Assembly (NCBI RefSeq): GCF_006345805.1 | Contig: NC_043009.1 | Coordinates: forward strand, 31,248,001-31,312,000 | DNA length: 64,000 nt | Origin: Octopus sinensis | Taxonomy: Eukaryota | Direction of reading: 5' to 3' | Shown here: piece after piece, positions 24,681-37,637 of the stretch | Layout: every line of letters begins with the position of its first letter | Position numbering within the stretch: position 1 is the stretch's first letter | Program-made: the position numbers and the translations under genes | The notes under the pieces: generated by a model | What the model was told of the DNA's origin: nothing | What the model saw: only the letters and a program-made list of their open reading frames with translations | Database searches by the model: none

Positions 24681-24817
24681 ACACGCACACACTTCTTATA
24701 TTATCAAACTCTAATTTCCGCAGATAGAACCAAGCTTATCTCACTCCTCTGTGTGCGTGTGTATTTGCTGCAGTTTTACACTTGTAACAGGAACGGTGTG
24801 TCTGTCAGTGCTCTGTA

Positions 24818-24829
<12 letters not shown>

Positions 24830-24848
<19 letters not shown>

Positions 24849-25251
24849 ATGTATATATATATGCATACGAATATATAAACATATACACAGATATATATTT
24901 ATATACATTTATGAATATATATGCATATAAATATATAAACATATACACACATATTTATATATATTTATGAATATATATACATACATATATATACACACAT
25001 ATATATATGTACATATGTATATATATATATATGCATATATGTATAAATATGCACACACAAAATTATGTGCATATCTATATATGCATGTTACACACATGCA
25101 CATATTTTTGCTTCTTGTGTGCGTATGTGCATTTTCCTTGTTATGTACATTTTAGAGATTATTATATGTATATATATAGGATTATATATGTGTATATATA
25201 TATATTTGTATTTATAGTTTATATATAAATGTGTATATATGTATGTAAGTC

Positions 25252-25293
<42 letters not shown>

Positions 25294-25313
25294 TATATAT
25301 ATATGTATATATA

Positions 25314-25367
<54 letters not shown>

Positions 25368-25421
25368 TATGCATATATATATATATGTATATATATATAT
25401 GTATATATATGTATATGTATA

Positions 25422-25467
<46 letters not shown>

Positions 25468-25545
25468 TATATATATATGTATATATATATATGTATATAT
25501 ATGTATATGTATATATATATATATTTATGTATGTATTTATGTACC
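24830..25545. repeat. Long compound (TA)n-rich array
   Basis: Directly visible. Source of the poly-YI ORFs. Confidence 0.9.
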
Positions 25546-25844
25546 TCTGTTTGTTTCTGTGTAAATGTGTATATTTGAAAAGCTGTAAACAATTTGCTTT
25601 TATAAATTTTATTTCATGTCATGGCTGCTGTCTTTCGCAAGATTTCTCCATAAATGTCGACATGGCATCACCTGTAGCTTCACAAATTTTATAAATACGA
25701 ACATTACATGGGAGTAAGGTGGAATTTTGACCTGACTCAAACAACTCTCTACAACCGACAGCTTGTTAATGTCTGTATTGATAGCAATGTCGTGGGTTGT
25801 ATATAGAATACAAGAGAGAGAGAGAACAAGAGAACAACCATCAC

Positions 25845-25985
25845 ATAAAATGTTCTTGTTGTTTAACCCTGGGTCAAACCTTGTTGAACAGTCGCATGAT
25901 CAAAGACATTCCACTAGTTATATCCAGCATTTTTTGCTTTTATATCTAGACCTAAATGTCTAATGTGTTCTTACTTCTTTTTTTA
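25845..25985 (+). mobile_element. Unclassified dispersed repeat (family E)
   Basis: GTTTAACCC..GGTCA..CTTGTTGAACAG...ATGATCAAAGACATTCCA resembles 47370-47640 and, in reverse, 28795-28950. Confidence 0.45.
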
Positions 25986-26155
25986 AGGAGAGTACAGTGT
26001 GTTATTTCTATCTTGTGGTGCTAACATGTAGATATCTACACTCTAGGCTCATGCACATACACTTATGTGTAAATATACACACACACACGCACACACTCAT
26101 ATATATATGTATACATATTTATGCATAAACATATATATATATGTATATATATATG

Positions 26156-26211
<56 letters not shown>

Positions 26212-26221
26212 TATTCTTTTA

Positions 26222-26328
26222 GTATTTCCTTACCTGTATCAGTCAATTGACTGTGGCCATGCTGGAGCACCGCCTTTACTCAAATGAATCGACCCCCAGG
26301 ACTTTTTCTTTGTAAGTCTAGTACTTAC
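26222..26328 (-). mobile_element. SINE-B 3' part
   Basis: CAGTCAATTGACTGTGGCCATGCTGGAGCACCGCC...CTTGTAAG. Confidence 0.8.
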
Positions 26329-26406
26329 AAAGACCTAACCAGCCTGCATCCAACAGCTGATCACATGACAATCATCATGTGACCAAAAGTCCACCAACTG
26401 TCACTC

Positions 26407-27027
26407 CTACCTACCTACATACCTACCTATCTGCCTGCCTGTCTACCTACTTATCTGCCTGCCTGTCTACCTACCTACCTTCCTACCTACCTACCTACCT
26501 ACCTACCTACATGCCGACCTACCTACCTACCTACCTACCTACTTACCTACTTATGTACCTGCCTACCTACCTATCTTCCTACCTACATACCTACCTACCT
26601 ATTTGCCTACCTACCTAATTATCTGCCTGCCTACCTACCTACTTACATACGTATGTACGTACGTACGTACCTACCTACCTACTTACCTACCTATCTACCT
26701 ACCTACTTACCTACCTATCTGTCTACCTACCTCCCTACCTACCTATCTACCTACCTACCTACCTACCTACCTATCTACCTACCTATCTACCTATCTACCT
26801 ACCTACCTGCCTACCTACCTACCTACCTACCTACCTACATACCTATCTACCTACCTACCTATACCTACCTACCTACCTGCTACCAACCTGCCTACCTACC
26901 TACCTATCTACCTACCTACCTATCTACCTACCTACCTATCTACCTACCTATCTACCTACCTACCTATCTACCTACCTACCTACCTACATACCTACCTACC
27001 TGCCTGCCTGCCTGCCTACCTGCCTAC
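26407..27027. repeat. (TACC)n tetranucleotide array, ~620 bp
   Basis: Directly visible, with TATC/TGCC variants. Confidence 0.97.
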
Positions 27028-27344
27028 TTCATTGTTATTCATATATTTGGCTTTCATTCTTGGAATTAAGCAAGTAGAGTTTTATGAATCCTGTTCTCAG
27101 TTGGAATCTCCAAACAGCAACCCTGATCCCTACAGAACATAAACACCATATTTATTTGTTCTCTGATGTATAACAATTTAGCTGTGACCGAAATTTCTAT
27201 CAAACCAAATTCTATATTTCTCTAATTCACTGAATCTCAAGCTGATACATTCAACAGTTCCTTATTAATACAACCATTCCTTTGTGTCAGACAAATTCTA
27301 CAACCATGTGCCTAGCATTTTCCTCTTTCTCTTCCTTGCCCTCA

Positions 27345-27395
<51 letters not shown>

Positions 27396-27494
27396 TCTCT
27401 CTCTCACAGTGTATGCATATGTGTGTTTGTGTGAACATATATACATACATGCATATATCTATATACATATATGTACGCTCTCATGTATATGTGT

Positions 27495-27612
<118 letters not shown>

Positions 27613-27690
27613 GCAGGTTTGTACACAGATACAAATGTTTATGTATTTCATTCAAATTTATATACATAAATATCTGCTTCATTCATATAT

Positions 27691-27849
27691 AAAGGGTCAA
27701 AGCTGGTAACAAAAACAGGACAGTGGAGACATACAAGGAAACCAAAAGAAAATGACTTCATGTGGTCTAACGACCCTCCATGTTTGTTTTCGTTCGATCC
27801 CCTCATATGTCCCCACTGTCCTGTTTTTGTTACCAACTCTGACCCTTTG
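27691..27849. mobile_element. MITE with 43-bp terminal inverted repeats (Tc1/mariner-like ends)
   Basis: AAAGGGTCAAAGCTGGTAACAAAAACAGGACAGTGGAGACATA (27691-27733) vs reverse complement of 27806-27848; 3 mismatches. Confidence 0.8.
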
Positions 27850-28204
27850 CAAAATCCCAAATTTCATTTTTGTTTTTGCGAGAGCAACTGCCTTTCAAAG
27901 TCTCATGTTGTCATTCAGTGCTTGAAATGAGGAGTAGATGGACAGCCAACAACTGATGAAGGGTCGTTCTTTATGTTACTTGTCCTGTTTTCCATTTGTT
28001 TCTCTCATTTGCATAACCAACCTTGTTTATATATTTCATGTTGTTTACATTTTGTGACATCCTGTACCCATATATGCATACACACACACACACACACATA
28101 CATATATATATACTAATATGTGCATATATATACATATATATATATATATATGTATATATGTACATATATGCATCTATATATGCATGTATATTTATGTTAT
28201 ATAT

Positions 28205-28249
<45 letters not shown>

Positions 28250-28794
28250 ATATGTATATATATATATAAGTATATATGCATGTGTATATAAATATTATTA
28301 AGATGCTGTAATTCATTCACTTAGACATCATTCAAGGAGTAAACCAAATCTTTTCCTTTTATCACTTTTATTTTTATCTAATTATGTGACTACCTTTCTA
28401 TTACGAAACCTTTAATTCTCTATCCACCTCCTCAACCCCCTTCCCCCGTTTCTCTCATATGTGTGTCTGTGCATGTGTGGATATGTATAGATATATACAT
28501 GTGTATGTGGATATGTGTGTGTGTTTTTTTCTTTTTTTGATGGCAGGTAGTTCTATCAAATCTTTTTCTGTGATTCATTAATAGAAGCGTATTGCTTACG
28601 ATATAATTGCATCTCTTTTGACAGGTCATCTACCGACATTCAATACGCCACCACCATCACCACCAATACTACCACCACCACCACCATCACAACCATCAGT
28701 GCCACAACCATGGCTACATTAACTCTACTATTGCGACCACCACCACTGCTGCCAACAAAGGCACCATTACAAATGTTGTTTATTATGCAATAAA

Positions 28795-28950
28795 TAGCAG
28801 CTAAATCCCCCTTTTAAATTGCAAACTGCTGTCTTTGACTATGCCTGAGATAAAACTAGAAATGATTCAGGTGGAAATTTCATAACTGATATTTTTGAAC
28901 ACAAACCTGCTCAATCAAAGCTGACTTGGGGCTAAAATAAAACTACAACA
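28795..28950 (-). mobile_element. Family E dispersed repeat
   Basis: Reverse-complement similarity to 47370-47640 (GATTTAGCTGCTATT; GTTTAGCCCCAAGTCAGC). Confidence 0.45.
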
Positions 28951-29449
28951 AGAACAATAATAAAAATAAGATAAAAAGTGACTTCAACAACAACAAAAAG
29001 CTAGAAATAACAGCTAAACACCTAAATAACACCTTGTTTAAAATGGGAAGGTGGTGTTTATGCTTTTTTATGTTTTAGTGAAGAGGGGAAAGTGGTTGCC
29101 ATGACCCTTTATAGAGGTTCTGAAACTGTTTGAAAGAAGAAAGGAATGTATCCCCAAGCTAGACACCTGACATGTATACTTGTAATAGGGTGAGCCCTGC
29201 TAAAAGCATCCAAGGACCAGGTGGTGGTGTTTAAAATGGGAGATGGATTAAGACCACGAGTATGTTGGACCAAAGCAGGATTTGAACTTAGTAACTCAAA
29301 GAGCCAAGTTCTCATCTCTTTACATTCTTTGTTTGAATATCACCTATTTAAATGGTAAATTTAATCTGTTGTCCAAAGACAGCCCATTTCATTGCATTAG
29401 TTAGAATCCCACCATGACATCCAATCTGATATTGTCTCCTTACAGTTCT

Positions 29450-29608
29450 ACCAATTCATTTCCATAGATTGGTACAGTTTTATTTGACCCTGAAGTGATA
29501 GAAGGTGAAGTTGACTTTGATGAGATTTGAACTTAGAGCAATGACATCCTAAACAAGTATCACAAAGCGCAGTCTACCTGATCTTCTAACCATTCTGCCA
29601 GTTCGCCT
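29450..29608 (-). mobile_element. SINE-A, degenerate
   Basis: Reverse complement of GGCGAACTGGCAGAATGGTTAG...GTTCAAATCTC...GGGTCAAATAAAACTGTACC. Confidence 0.7.
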
Positions 29609-30974
29609 CATTTGTTCCCTTTATAATCCAAACTTCATAACCCACCCTTCCTCTCATTTTTAGCCTGCTTTGTGATTGTTTTGCAAAGCTTTTTCTATGT
29701 AAGTTCCTTGATTTTTATCAAAGGTGTTTGAAAAAATTGTTAAGGATTCACGATTTTGATCATATCACCAACCAGGGAATTTTTCTGCTGTGAACAAATA
29801 TTTAACTACTTGCTGACTTTGAAGACAAAAAGATGCAGGTGATAGATTATCTTCCTGCTAATGTTCTAGGAATTTGGGAATTTACAAAGGGTTCTTTAGT
29901 TTGCAAACCTAAATGCAGAAAAACACAAAAAGAAAATTAAAACAATACATGTCAAAAAAATGAAATATCTATGTACCATCTACAAATAAACTTTGATGGA
30001 TGATCTGATGTAGATAGGGATCTTGTGGCAAATGGCATAGCTTGGCACTAAAGCATGGTAAATAAAAGGGCTCATTTGTTTCATCCATTTTTTTTTACTT
30101 CAGTTTTTCTGTGCTAGTAAGGGTTAGATGAGCATATATATTTTGAGGCATTGTTTTACGGCTGGATGCCTGTCTTGTCACAAACCCATATCTAATTGTT
30201 AGGAAAAGGGATTTATTATTCTACATATTTTCAAACATACATGCCCACTAAAAGGTTTGTGCACAACGGTATAGTAACAAAGTCTTCAGTTATAGTATGT
30301 TGACTTTTCAGTAAGAGAGCAGGTATAAACCTTGACACATATTTGTGTGGTCACCTGCTTCGACACACACAAATACATACATACATATATATACACACAC
30401 ACACATATATGTATATAAAATGGAACAAAAATGCAATAGAGGACAATAAAACATACAGACAGACAGATGATACAAAGGTGGATAGGAAAAATAACAATTA
30501 GAGGGGTAGGAAAAAAAGGATGTGTCATTTGAGGCCTTCTTTCATCAGTCAAGTTGCCAGATGTCCTTACAGTTTCGGGTAGTTACACTTGAGACTGTTC
30601 AATCTGGTTGCCCCCCAAAAAGTCTTAGCTAAGAGCATTAGAGTTTTTGTAAGAAAGTAAGCGAATGTGTACGACAGCAAAAACAAAAAGTGGAGAACAT
30701 ATTACACAATTACAAATACAAACAACAAGAATATAACAATAAGTGTCTTTCAACTAATGAGGACAAATCAAGTTGAGCTGGCATGTATCAAGTGAACGCC
30801 TTAAGGCAGGAACATAGGAGATGGACATAAGTGATGTTAGTGGTCGGCAGTCAGGCCAAGAAAGAAAGATTGTGGTTGGCCGAACACTGGTCATGTAGAA
30901 GGAAAAGAGAGGGGTAGGGAGCAGAGACAGACAGTTGTGGGATAGATTGATAGATTGGTAGATAGCTATGTGAC

Positions 30975-31132
30975 AGGCTTCTCTCAGTTTCTATCTAACT
31001 TATTCCCTAGCAAGACATTATTTGGTTGAATACAAGAGTAGATGACATTTGTGTAGTGCTGCCTTGTGAGGTTGAACCAGAAATCATATGGCTGGGAAGG
31101 AAACATCGTAACAACACAGCAATGTTTGCTCC
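30975..31132 (-). mobile_element. SINE-B head, degenerate
   Basis: Reverse complement of head through AAACTGAGAGAAGCCTG. Confidence 0.65.
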
Positions 31133-31303
31133 TTTTATGACTGGTGGTTTTTTTCTGTTACCTAATCTGAACTAAAGAATCTAAAACATAAAATATTGGT
31201 ATCAAATCAATGAAATTTCTTTGTCAACAAAAAGGTTTTAATTAATCAAGATGTGATTCTTAGATTTATCATATCAATTATTATATCAATTATTTTGTTT
31301 CAG

Positions 31304-31443
31304 GTAAGTTAACATGGTTCCAATTCTCAAGTAGAAACAATGTCTCTTGTAATGCTAAAGCCTTTGTAAAAAGCATTAATGCCACAATTTCCCTACCACT
31401 TTTCTCTCTTCTCCTACTTACAAAAATACTAATACCTCTGTGA
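31304..31443 (+). CDS. Candidate terminal exon encoding a GPI-anchor-signal-like C-terminus
   Basis: Acceptor TATTTTGTTTCAG, then (G)KLTWFQFSSRNNVSCNAKAFVKSINATISLPLFSLLLLTKILIPL*. Competes with a recursive-splice-site reading and an antisense frame. Confidence 0.3.
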
Positions 31444-32879
31444 GATGGATCATCCTGATCCAAGTCAGAATTACTATCCTCTGCGATGTGATGGACAAGC
31501 ACATCTCATTTTGACCTTTCAATAGCTTTATACAAATGGGATTCACTTTCTCCTCCTGTAGCTTGTATTTCCTCATTAATAGAGACAGGATTTCCTTTGG
31601 TGAGGCAGAAATTGCATGAATCAGTTTGTTGAAGCTTGCATCTACCACATGCCAACTTCTCACAGTTCAAGGCTGGCTGAGGTCGGAACCTAGTCATAAT
31701 AATGTCTTATTTGAATGATCCTTTTCTAGTCAACTACAGCTGAAAGCCCTTCCTAACACCAGTCACTCTATGCCTTGTATTGGATGCATTTTATCACAGA
31801 ACCAGCACTAGAAAACTTGTATCTCAGACTAAAAGGTCCTTCAACTCAATGTCGTTAATTCATCAATCACTTCACAGAACATACTGGGTGTTTTTATCAT
31901 GGTACCAATAAAAGAGATATTGCTTGGTCTCAGACTAAAATTGCCCTCAACCTTTTGTAGTCTCTACTCATTTGCTAACCCTTTTGTTGAGAATACTGGG
32001 CACATTTATTCATAGGAACAGGACTCCTGAGGTAGCCTTGTGACTCATAAGACTAAAGAGTCCTCATTCCTCCACAGTGTCTCCTTTCAGTCGAGCAAAC
32101 AAAATGAAGATGAACAGTCACGTCAAATGCTGTAGTGATATAAATAATGAATTCATAAATTATTTCCCTTACAACAAACAGATGAGGCAAGGGCTTCTAA
32201 ACAGCTGCTCAATCTGCAAGAAACCCCAGCTAAATCACTTTCTTATCACTACTAACTTAGAAAGTGAAGGCTACAAAGAATAATATACTCCTAGATAGTT
32301 CTTCAAATATTTTGTCAAATTTAGATTACATTTGACGTTAAGTGTACTTTATATTTCCATATCGATGCTTTCAGTAAACGACAAAATCTTGTATCAACAC
32401 CTTCTGAACCACTCACGGAAATCATAATGGATCATATAATATCACAACTTCATAGATTAGTTAACATTCTGCAAACATCGATACACATGACAACCGGTTA
32501 AAACTTGTGAAACCATAAATGTAAGATATTCTTACAAAATATGGAACTTATCTTAGCGTCTTCTTGCCTGTTATTCTAGCAGGCAAGGTTTCCATCATTC
32601 CCTTTACCAATCTCAAAATATCTCAAAGAAGAAACTAACAACAATCTTTAACAAAACCATTGATAACAGACTTACTTTGCTTCAATTATACAAAATGTGT
32701 AACCATGATCTCAGTCCCATATGATAATCTCTGTTAACACTGGGATTATATTAATGGTAAGGGAAGGACAGAAAGTAGAAGACAAATGGGAAAGGAGGGG
32801 AGGGTGCAGGAAGGGCAGAGTATTAACAGAGGATGATTTCAGTTATAAGGTATGACATGGTAATACTTGGATAAATTAA

Positions 32880-33350
32880 GATATGGTGGTGGTTTGTAGG
32901 GGTGTCTGGAATGGTAGAGATAGTGGTTTAGGGTGGGGAGGTAGTGGCAATGATGGTGATTGTGGCAGGGTTGTTGGGCTGGTGATGGTAATGAAAGCAG
33001 TGGTGATGGCAGTGGTGGTGGTGGTGGTGGTAGTGGTGGTGATGGTGGCGATAGTGAGTTGGTGATGCAATAGCAGTGGTTGGGATAGCGGTATTGGTGC
33101 TGCCATTGGTGGTGGTTGTGTGTGTGGAAGGGCGGTGAGGGGGCAGTGATTTAGCAGCAATGGTTGGAGTAAAGGGGATGATGGGAGGGGAAAGCCTTGC
33201 ATTGGTGGTGTTGACTGAAGTGGTGACAACAGCAGTGATGGTGGTAGTAATGGTCTGTGGTAGGGGTGGTAGTGTTCATTGTACCATTAGGAGTAGTAGT
33301 GTTAGTGGTGGTAGTCATAGTGGTGCTCATAGTCATGAATGAACTAATGA
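32880..33350. repeat. Compound (GGT)/(GAT)/(AGT) low-complexity region
   Basis: Directly visible. Confidence 0.8.
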
Positions 33351-33380
33351 GGATGTGGAGGAGGAATCAAACATAACAAT

Positions 33381-33523
33381 TTGAAACCTTGGCACAGGGC
33401 CAGCAGGTTTTCTGGCAAGGTAGAGTGGGGTGGGTCAAGTCAATTGCATTGGCCCCCCAGTATTTGACTGGTGCATACTTTCATTGTCACCAGAAGACTG
33501 AAAGGCAAAGTCTACCTCAGCAC
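33381..33523 (-). mobile_element. SINE-A 3' part
   Basis: GGCACAGGGCCAGCA...GACTGGTGCATAC..GAAAGGCAAAGTCTACCTCAGC. Confidence 0.7.
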
Positions 33524-33559
33524 AGTCACATATCCTGCCAACATAATAACCACAATGAG

Positions 33560-34030
33560 AAAAGTTGGTGGGGAGGATAACGACAATGATGGCAATGATA
33601 ATAAAGACAATGATGGTGGGTGGGGATGGAAATGGTGATGAGGATGGTGGTGGTGGCGGTGGTAGTGCAGCTGATGCTGGCGCTAATGGCGATGGTGAAG
33701 ATAATCATGATGATAATGATGATGATGGTAGTGGTGATGGTGGTAGTGATGATGATGGTGGAGGGGTGATAATGATGTGGATGATGGTAATATGATGATG
33801 ATGGTGGTGGTAGTGGTGGTGATAATGATGATGATGGCGATGGTGATAATGATGGTGACGGTGGTGGTGATGATTATGATGGGTAATGAAGAGAGCATCA
33901 ACAACAATAACAACAACCGACATACTATTACTGGTAAAGAAGTTGCTATTGATGAAAATAGCAATGGCGGTGATGATGATGATGATGATGATGGCGGTGG
34001 TGGTGGTGGTGGCGACAATGATGAAAACAA
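33560..34030. repeat. Compound (GAT)/(GGT)/(AAC) region
   Basis: Directly visible. Confidence 0.85.
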
Positions 34031-34419
34031 GGATTTAACTCAAAGCAAATCCAATCATTTGGAATGGTTCTGGAAAATGATTACACAAAACGATACAGAT
34101 GATGTTCCTCTTCTTTTTTAATCTGTTATGTGATTGTGTACGTATGTATGTACAGGTATGTGTGTGTGTATGTGTGAATGCACGTGTGTGTGTGTGTGTG
34201 TGTTCCTTCTTCCATTGCTGAGTGCTGCCTGAAGATATCCACAGATGACACACTTCATTGAACACACACATACACTCACACACACAGACACATACACACT
34301 GGCATGCACATATTCACACAAAACAACATAAAAATATAAAAACTAAATCAAAGTAATAGAAAGTGTATACATAGAGATACATACATATGTGTGTATACAG
34401 ACATACATGTGTGTGTATG

Positions 34420-34425
34420 GGTATA

Positions 34426-34472
<47 letters not shown>

Positions 34473-34640
34473 GTATAGATATATGTATATATATATATAT
34501 ATATATATACACATAGATATATGTAGATATTTATAGATATATAGATAGATATATTGATATATATGTATGTATATATGTGTGTATATGCGTAATATATATA
34601 TATATATATATATATAAATATATATATATAAACATGCACA
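34420..34640. repeat. (TG)n/(TA)n compound microsatellite
   Basis: Directly visible. Confidence 0.9.
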
Positions 34641-35337
34641 CATACACTGACACATACGTAGACCAAATGCAGAGGAAAAATACTAAAGGAACCGAATAAA
34701 ACAAAAATAAAAAAAATTACCAAATAACCAAAAAACAATTAAAACATGCAAGAAGGAACACACACATGCACACACAGAAATGCACATGCATGCACACACA
34801 TATGCACAGACATATGCATGTACATATAAATACTCGCTTACATCAACAGCAAAAATTAGAAAGAGAGGGGGGAAAAAATATCCTCCAAAAAAAGAAAAAC
34901 AAAAAAGAAGAGAAAAAGTATTGATAATGATACAAGTTATCAGATGTTATCTTTAGGAGTTGGTGTCAGTAACAAGTTGGTTCGGAAACAAGTATCGTGA
35001 ATAATTTAGGGCATTGGTTTGAATAGGAAAAGCAAAGGTGGGGAGCGGTGGCGGATGTGGTGGTGGTGATGGCGGTGGAGGTGGCGGGGGAGAGGGGGAG
35101 AAACGGCAAAATAGAAAATGGAAATAAAAGAGAAGAAGAGGTAAAAGTGATGTGGTGGAAAAAAAAAATAAGAAAAGAAATAAGACAAAACAACAAAAAA
35201 AAAACACAGAAAGCTAAAGAGTCAGAAAGTATCACCTTTGCAAAGCATTGAAAAACATTTTCTGAGATGGCTGATAAAATACATTCTAGCTGCTCACTTG
35301 TATTAGTTCTCGTTCACTGCCAATCTAATGCTGGTGT

Positions 35338-35345
35338 GTGCATAG

Positions 35346-35380
<35 letters not shown>

Positions 35381-35595
35381 CACACAGACGCATGCAACAC
35401 ACACGTCTATACATAAATATACGCATCTGTACATCTACCTATATATATATATTTATGCTTACATATACACACACACATATATACATGTATACGCATAAAT
35501 TTATGCATCTGTATATGGGCATGTGTGTATATCCATATATATATATGGTTATATATGTATATGTGTGTATATATATATACACACATGTATATATA

Positions 35596-35626
<31 letters not shown>

Positions 35627-35698
35627 CGTATTTATCTACCTTATTTATCTATCTACCTATTTATCTATGCACACACATATATGTAACACATACATGTG

Positions 35699-35732
<34 letters not shown>

Positions 35733-35796
35733 CATATATGTGTGTGTGTATATATGTGTAAGTGTTTGAGAGTGCATATACTTATGAGTGTATGCA

Positions 35797-35847
<51 letters not shown>

Positions 35848-35960
35848 ATATATATGTGTGTGTATATATATATACATGTATGAATATATTAATATATGTA
35901 CACAAGTTATATTTGTAGGAGTATACATGTACACACACATGCATGTAGACGAGTTATATT
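35338..35960. repeat. (CA)n/(TA)n/(TG)n compound low-complexity region
   Basis: Directly visible. Confidence 0.85.
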
Positions 35961-36339
35961 TATAGATTTATATATGTCAAGGTGTAATAAGCAGGGAGCA
36001 GAGTGGATATCATTTTTATAATGTTTCTTCTTTATATTTTTATGTTTTCTTTATTGCCTTTTTTTCATTAAAAAAAGAAGTTAAGACATTATGGTGGTTA
36101 ACTTTTGACATGATCAGAACAGACACAAGTTGTGGTGTGAGGATAATGATAAATGAGAATTTGTGATGTGATAATCATTATTAATGAATGAATATTTAAT
36201 TTGAACTATTAAGGCACCAATACACACATATTGATCAATGACTTTACTTATTACATGTATATAGGAGAAATTGCGATCAATTTTAAGGCAGAGGACCATC
36301 AGAACCATTATAGCATTGAATAGAATGCTATGCAGTCTC

Positions 36340-36425
36340 TGTTCCGGATCCCTACACCCTGTGTTCAAATCCAGTGAAGTTTAACTTTGTTCTTTATTCC
36401 TTTAGGGTTGATGAATAATGTACAA
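36340..36425 (+). mobile_element. SINE-A fragment
   Basis: GTGTTCAAATCCAG...AACTTTG..TTTATTCCTTTAGGGTTGATGAATAATGTAC. Confidence 0.55.
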
Positions 36426-36445
36426 TTCCAGCATGGTACTTTTAT

Positions 36446-36603
36446 AGCCCTGTGGTTAAGGACTTTTCAGCCTGACCACTTTGTCCTGAGTTCAGTTACA
36501 CAGCATGACACCTTGAGCAAGTGTCTTCTATTATAGTCCCGACCTGAACAAAGACTTGTGAGTGGATATGGTAGATGGAAACTAAAAGAAACTCATTGTA
36601 TAT
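36446..36603 (+). mobile_element. SINE-B head
   Basis: TGTGGTTAAG...GAGTTCAG...ACCTTGAGCAAGTGTCTTCTA...GTAGATGGAAACTAAAAGAA. Confidence 0.75.
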
Positions 36604-36814
36604 ACACAAAAAATTTGCTCATTCCCTCAGCAAATTATGAGCATTATGATTATTATATAAATCCGAGCTTCCTGAAACAGCTGTTGAGTGACCTTGTACT
36701 CTGTATTAAGGATTTCTGTATTTTTTTATGCCCTCTGTAAATATATTCATATGTCTATGTATATGTGTATGTGTTTGTCTTTTTGTACATATGTAGACAT
36801 GTGTATCTATATAA

Positions 36815-36954
36815 TCCCAACTTTTTCACTACCAAGGACCCCTTTCCTTAAAATGAATTTTCCCACAGACCCCAGGATATTGAAAGGTCTGTCAGTTTAA
36901 CATGGTCATGGACCCCCAATGCTACCTTTGCAAACCACAGGTTGGTAACCACTG
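36815..36954. mobile_element. hAT (Charlie-like) MITE, left end eroded
   Basis: Right terminus CAGGTTGGTAACCACTG. Left remnant TCCCAACTTTTT...GGACCCCTT. Confidence 0.55.
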
Positions 36955-37303
36955 GTGTGTATGTGTGTGTATGAAACCTAATTGTGTTTATTGTTTATTT
37001 GCATCACAACCTCTCTTCCCCTCTCTCTCTCATTATATATATGTATACATATATAAGGAAATCAGAAAATGGAGATACAATTAGTATACATCAATTATCA
37101 TTTGTTATAATCAATTGTTATTCATGAATTGTATCTCCATTTTGTGATTTCCTTGAATGTTGATTAAGTCTTGTTTATTTGCGTCATTACCTATCATTTA
37201 TGAGCCTTAATACTGATGATTAAATATAGGTAAAACACTAGTGGATTCATTGGATGTGAGTATCTCTTTGATGGTTCTTATAACCTCTAACTTAACTTAC
37301 CTA

Positions 37304-37637
37304 CAGGGGTTGGACAAAATAATGGAAACACCTTAAAATTTCAAACAAATTTATTTTAATATGTGTAGGACTGCCTTTGGCTTAAATTCTGTGAGGTATG
37401 GACTCGTATAAAGTTTGAATTGTTTCCAAAGGAATTTTTGCCCATTCTTCAGCTAAAACAGTCCTCAGTTCTTGTAGTGATGATGGTGGAGGATATCAAC
37501 TCCTTACTTGTTTCTCTAAAATGCACCATAAATGTTCAATAATATTGAGATCTGGGGACTGTGGTGGCCAGATAAGATGTTCAACTTCACAAGAATGTTC
37601 CTTGTGCCACTCAGTAACAACTTTAGGTGTGTGAATT
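37304..37637 (-). mobile_element. Second, truncated copy of the Tc1 element (3' end + one TIR)
   Basis: TA-CAGGGGTTGGACAAAATAATGGAAACACCT at 37302-37333. Reverse complement aligns to ~3473-3816, including HLIWPPQSPDLNIIEHLW. Confidence 0.92.

Noticed and set aside
29035-29241. 14-bp direct repeat TGTTTAAAATGGGA 193 bp apart
   Set aside because: The enclosed sequence has no tail, TIR or second copy to support an insertion.
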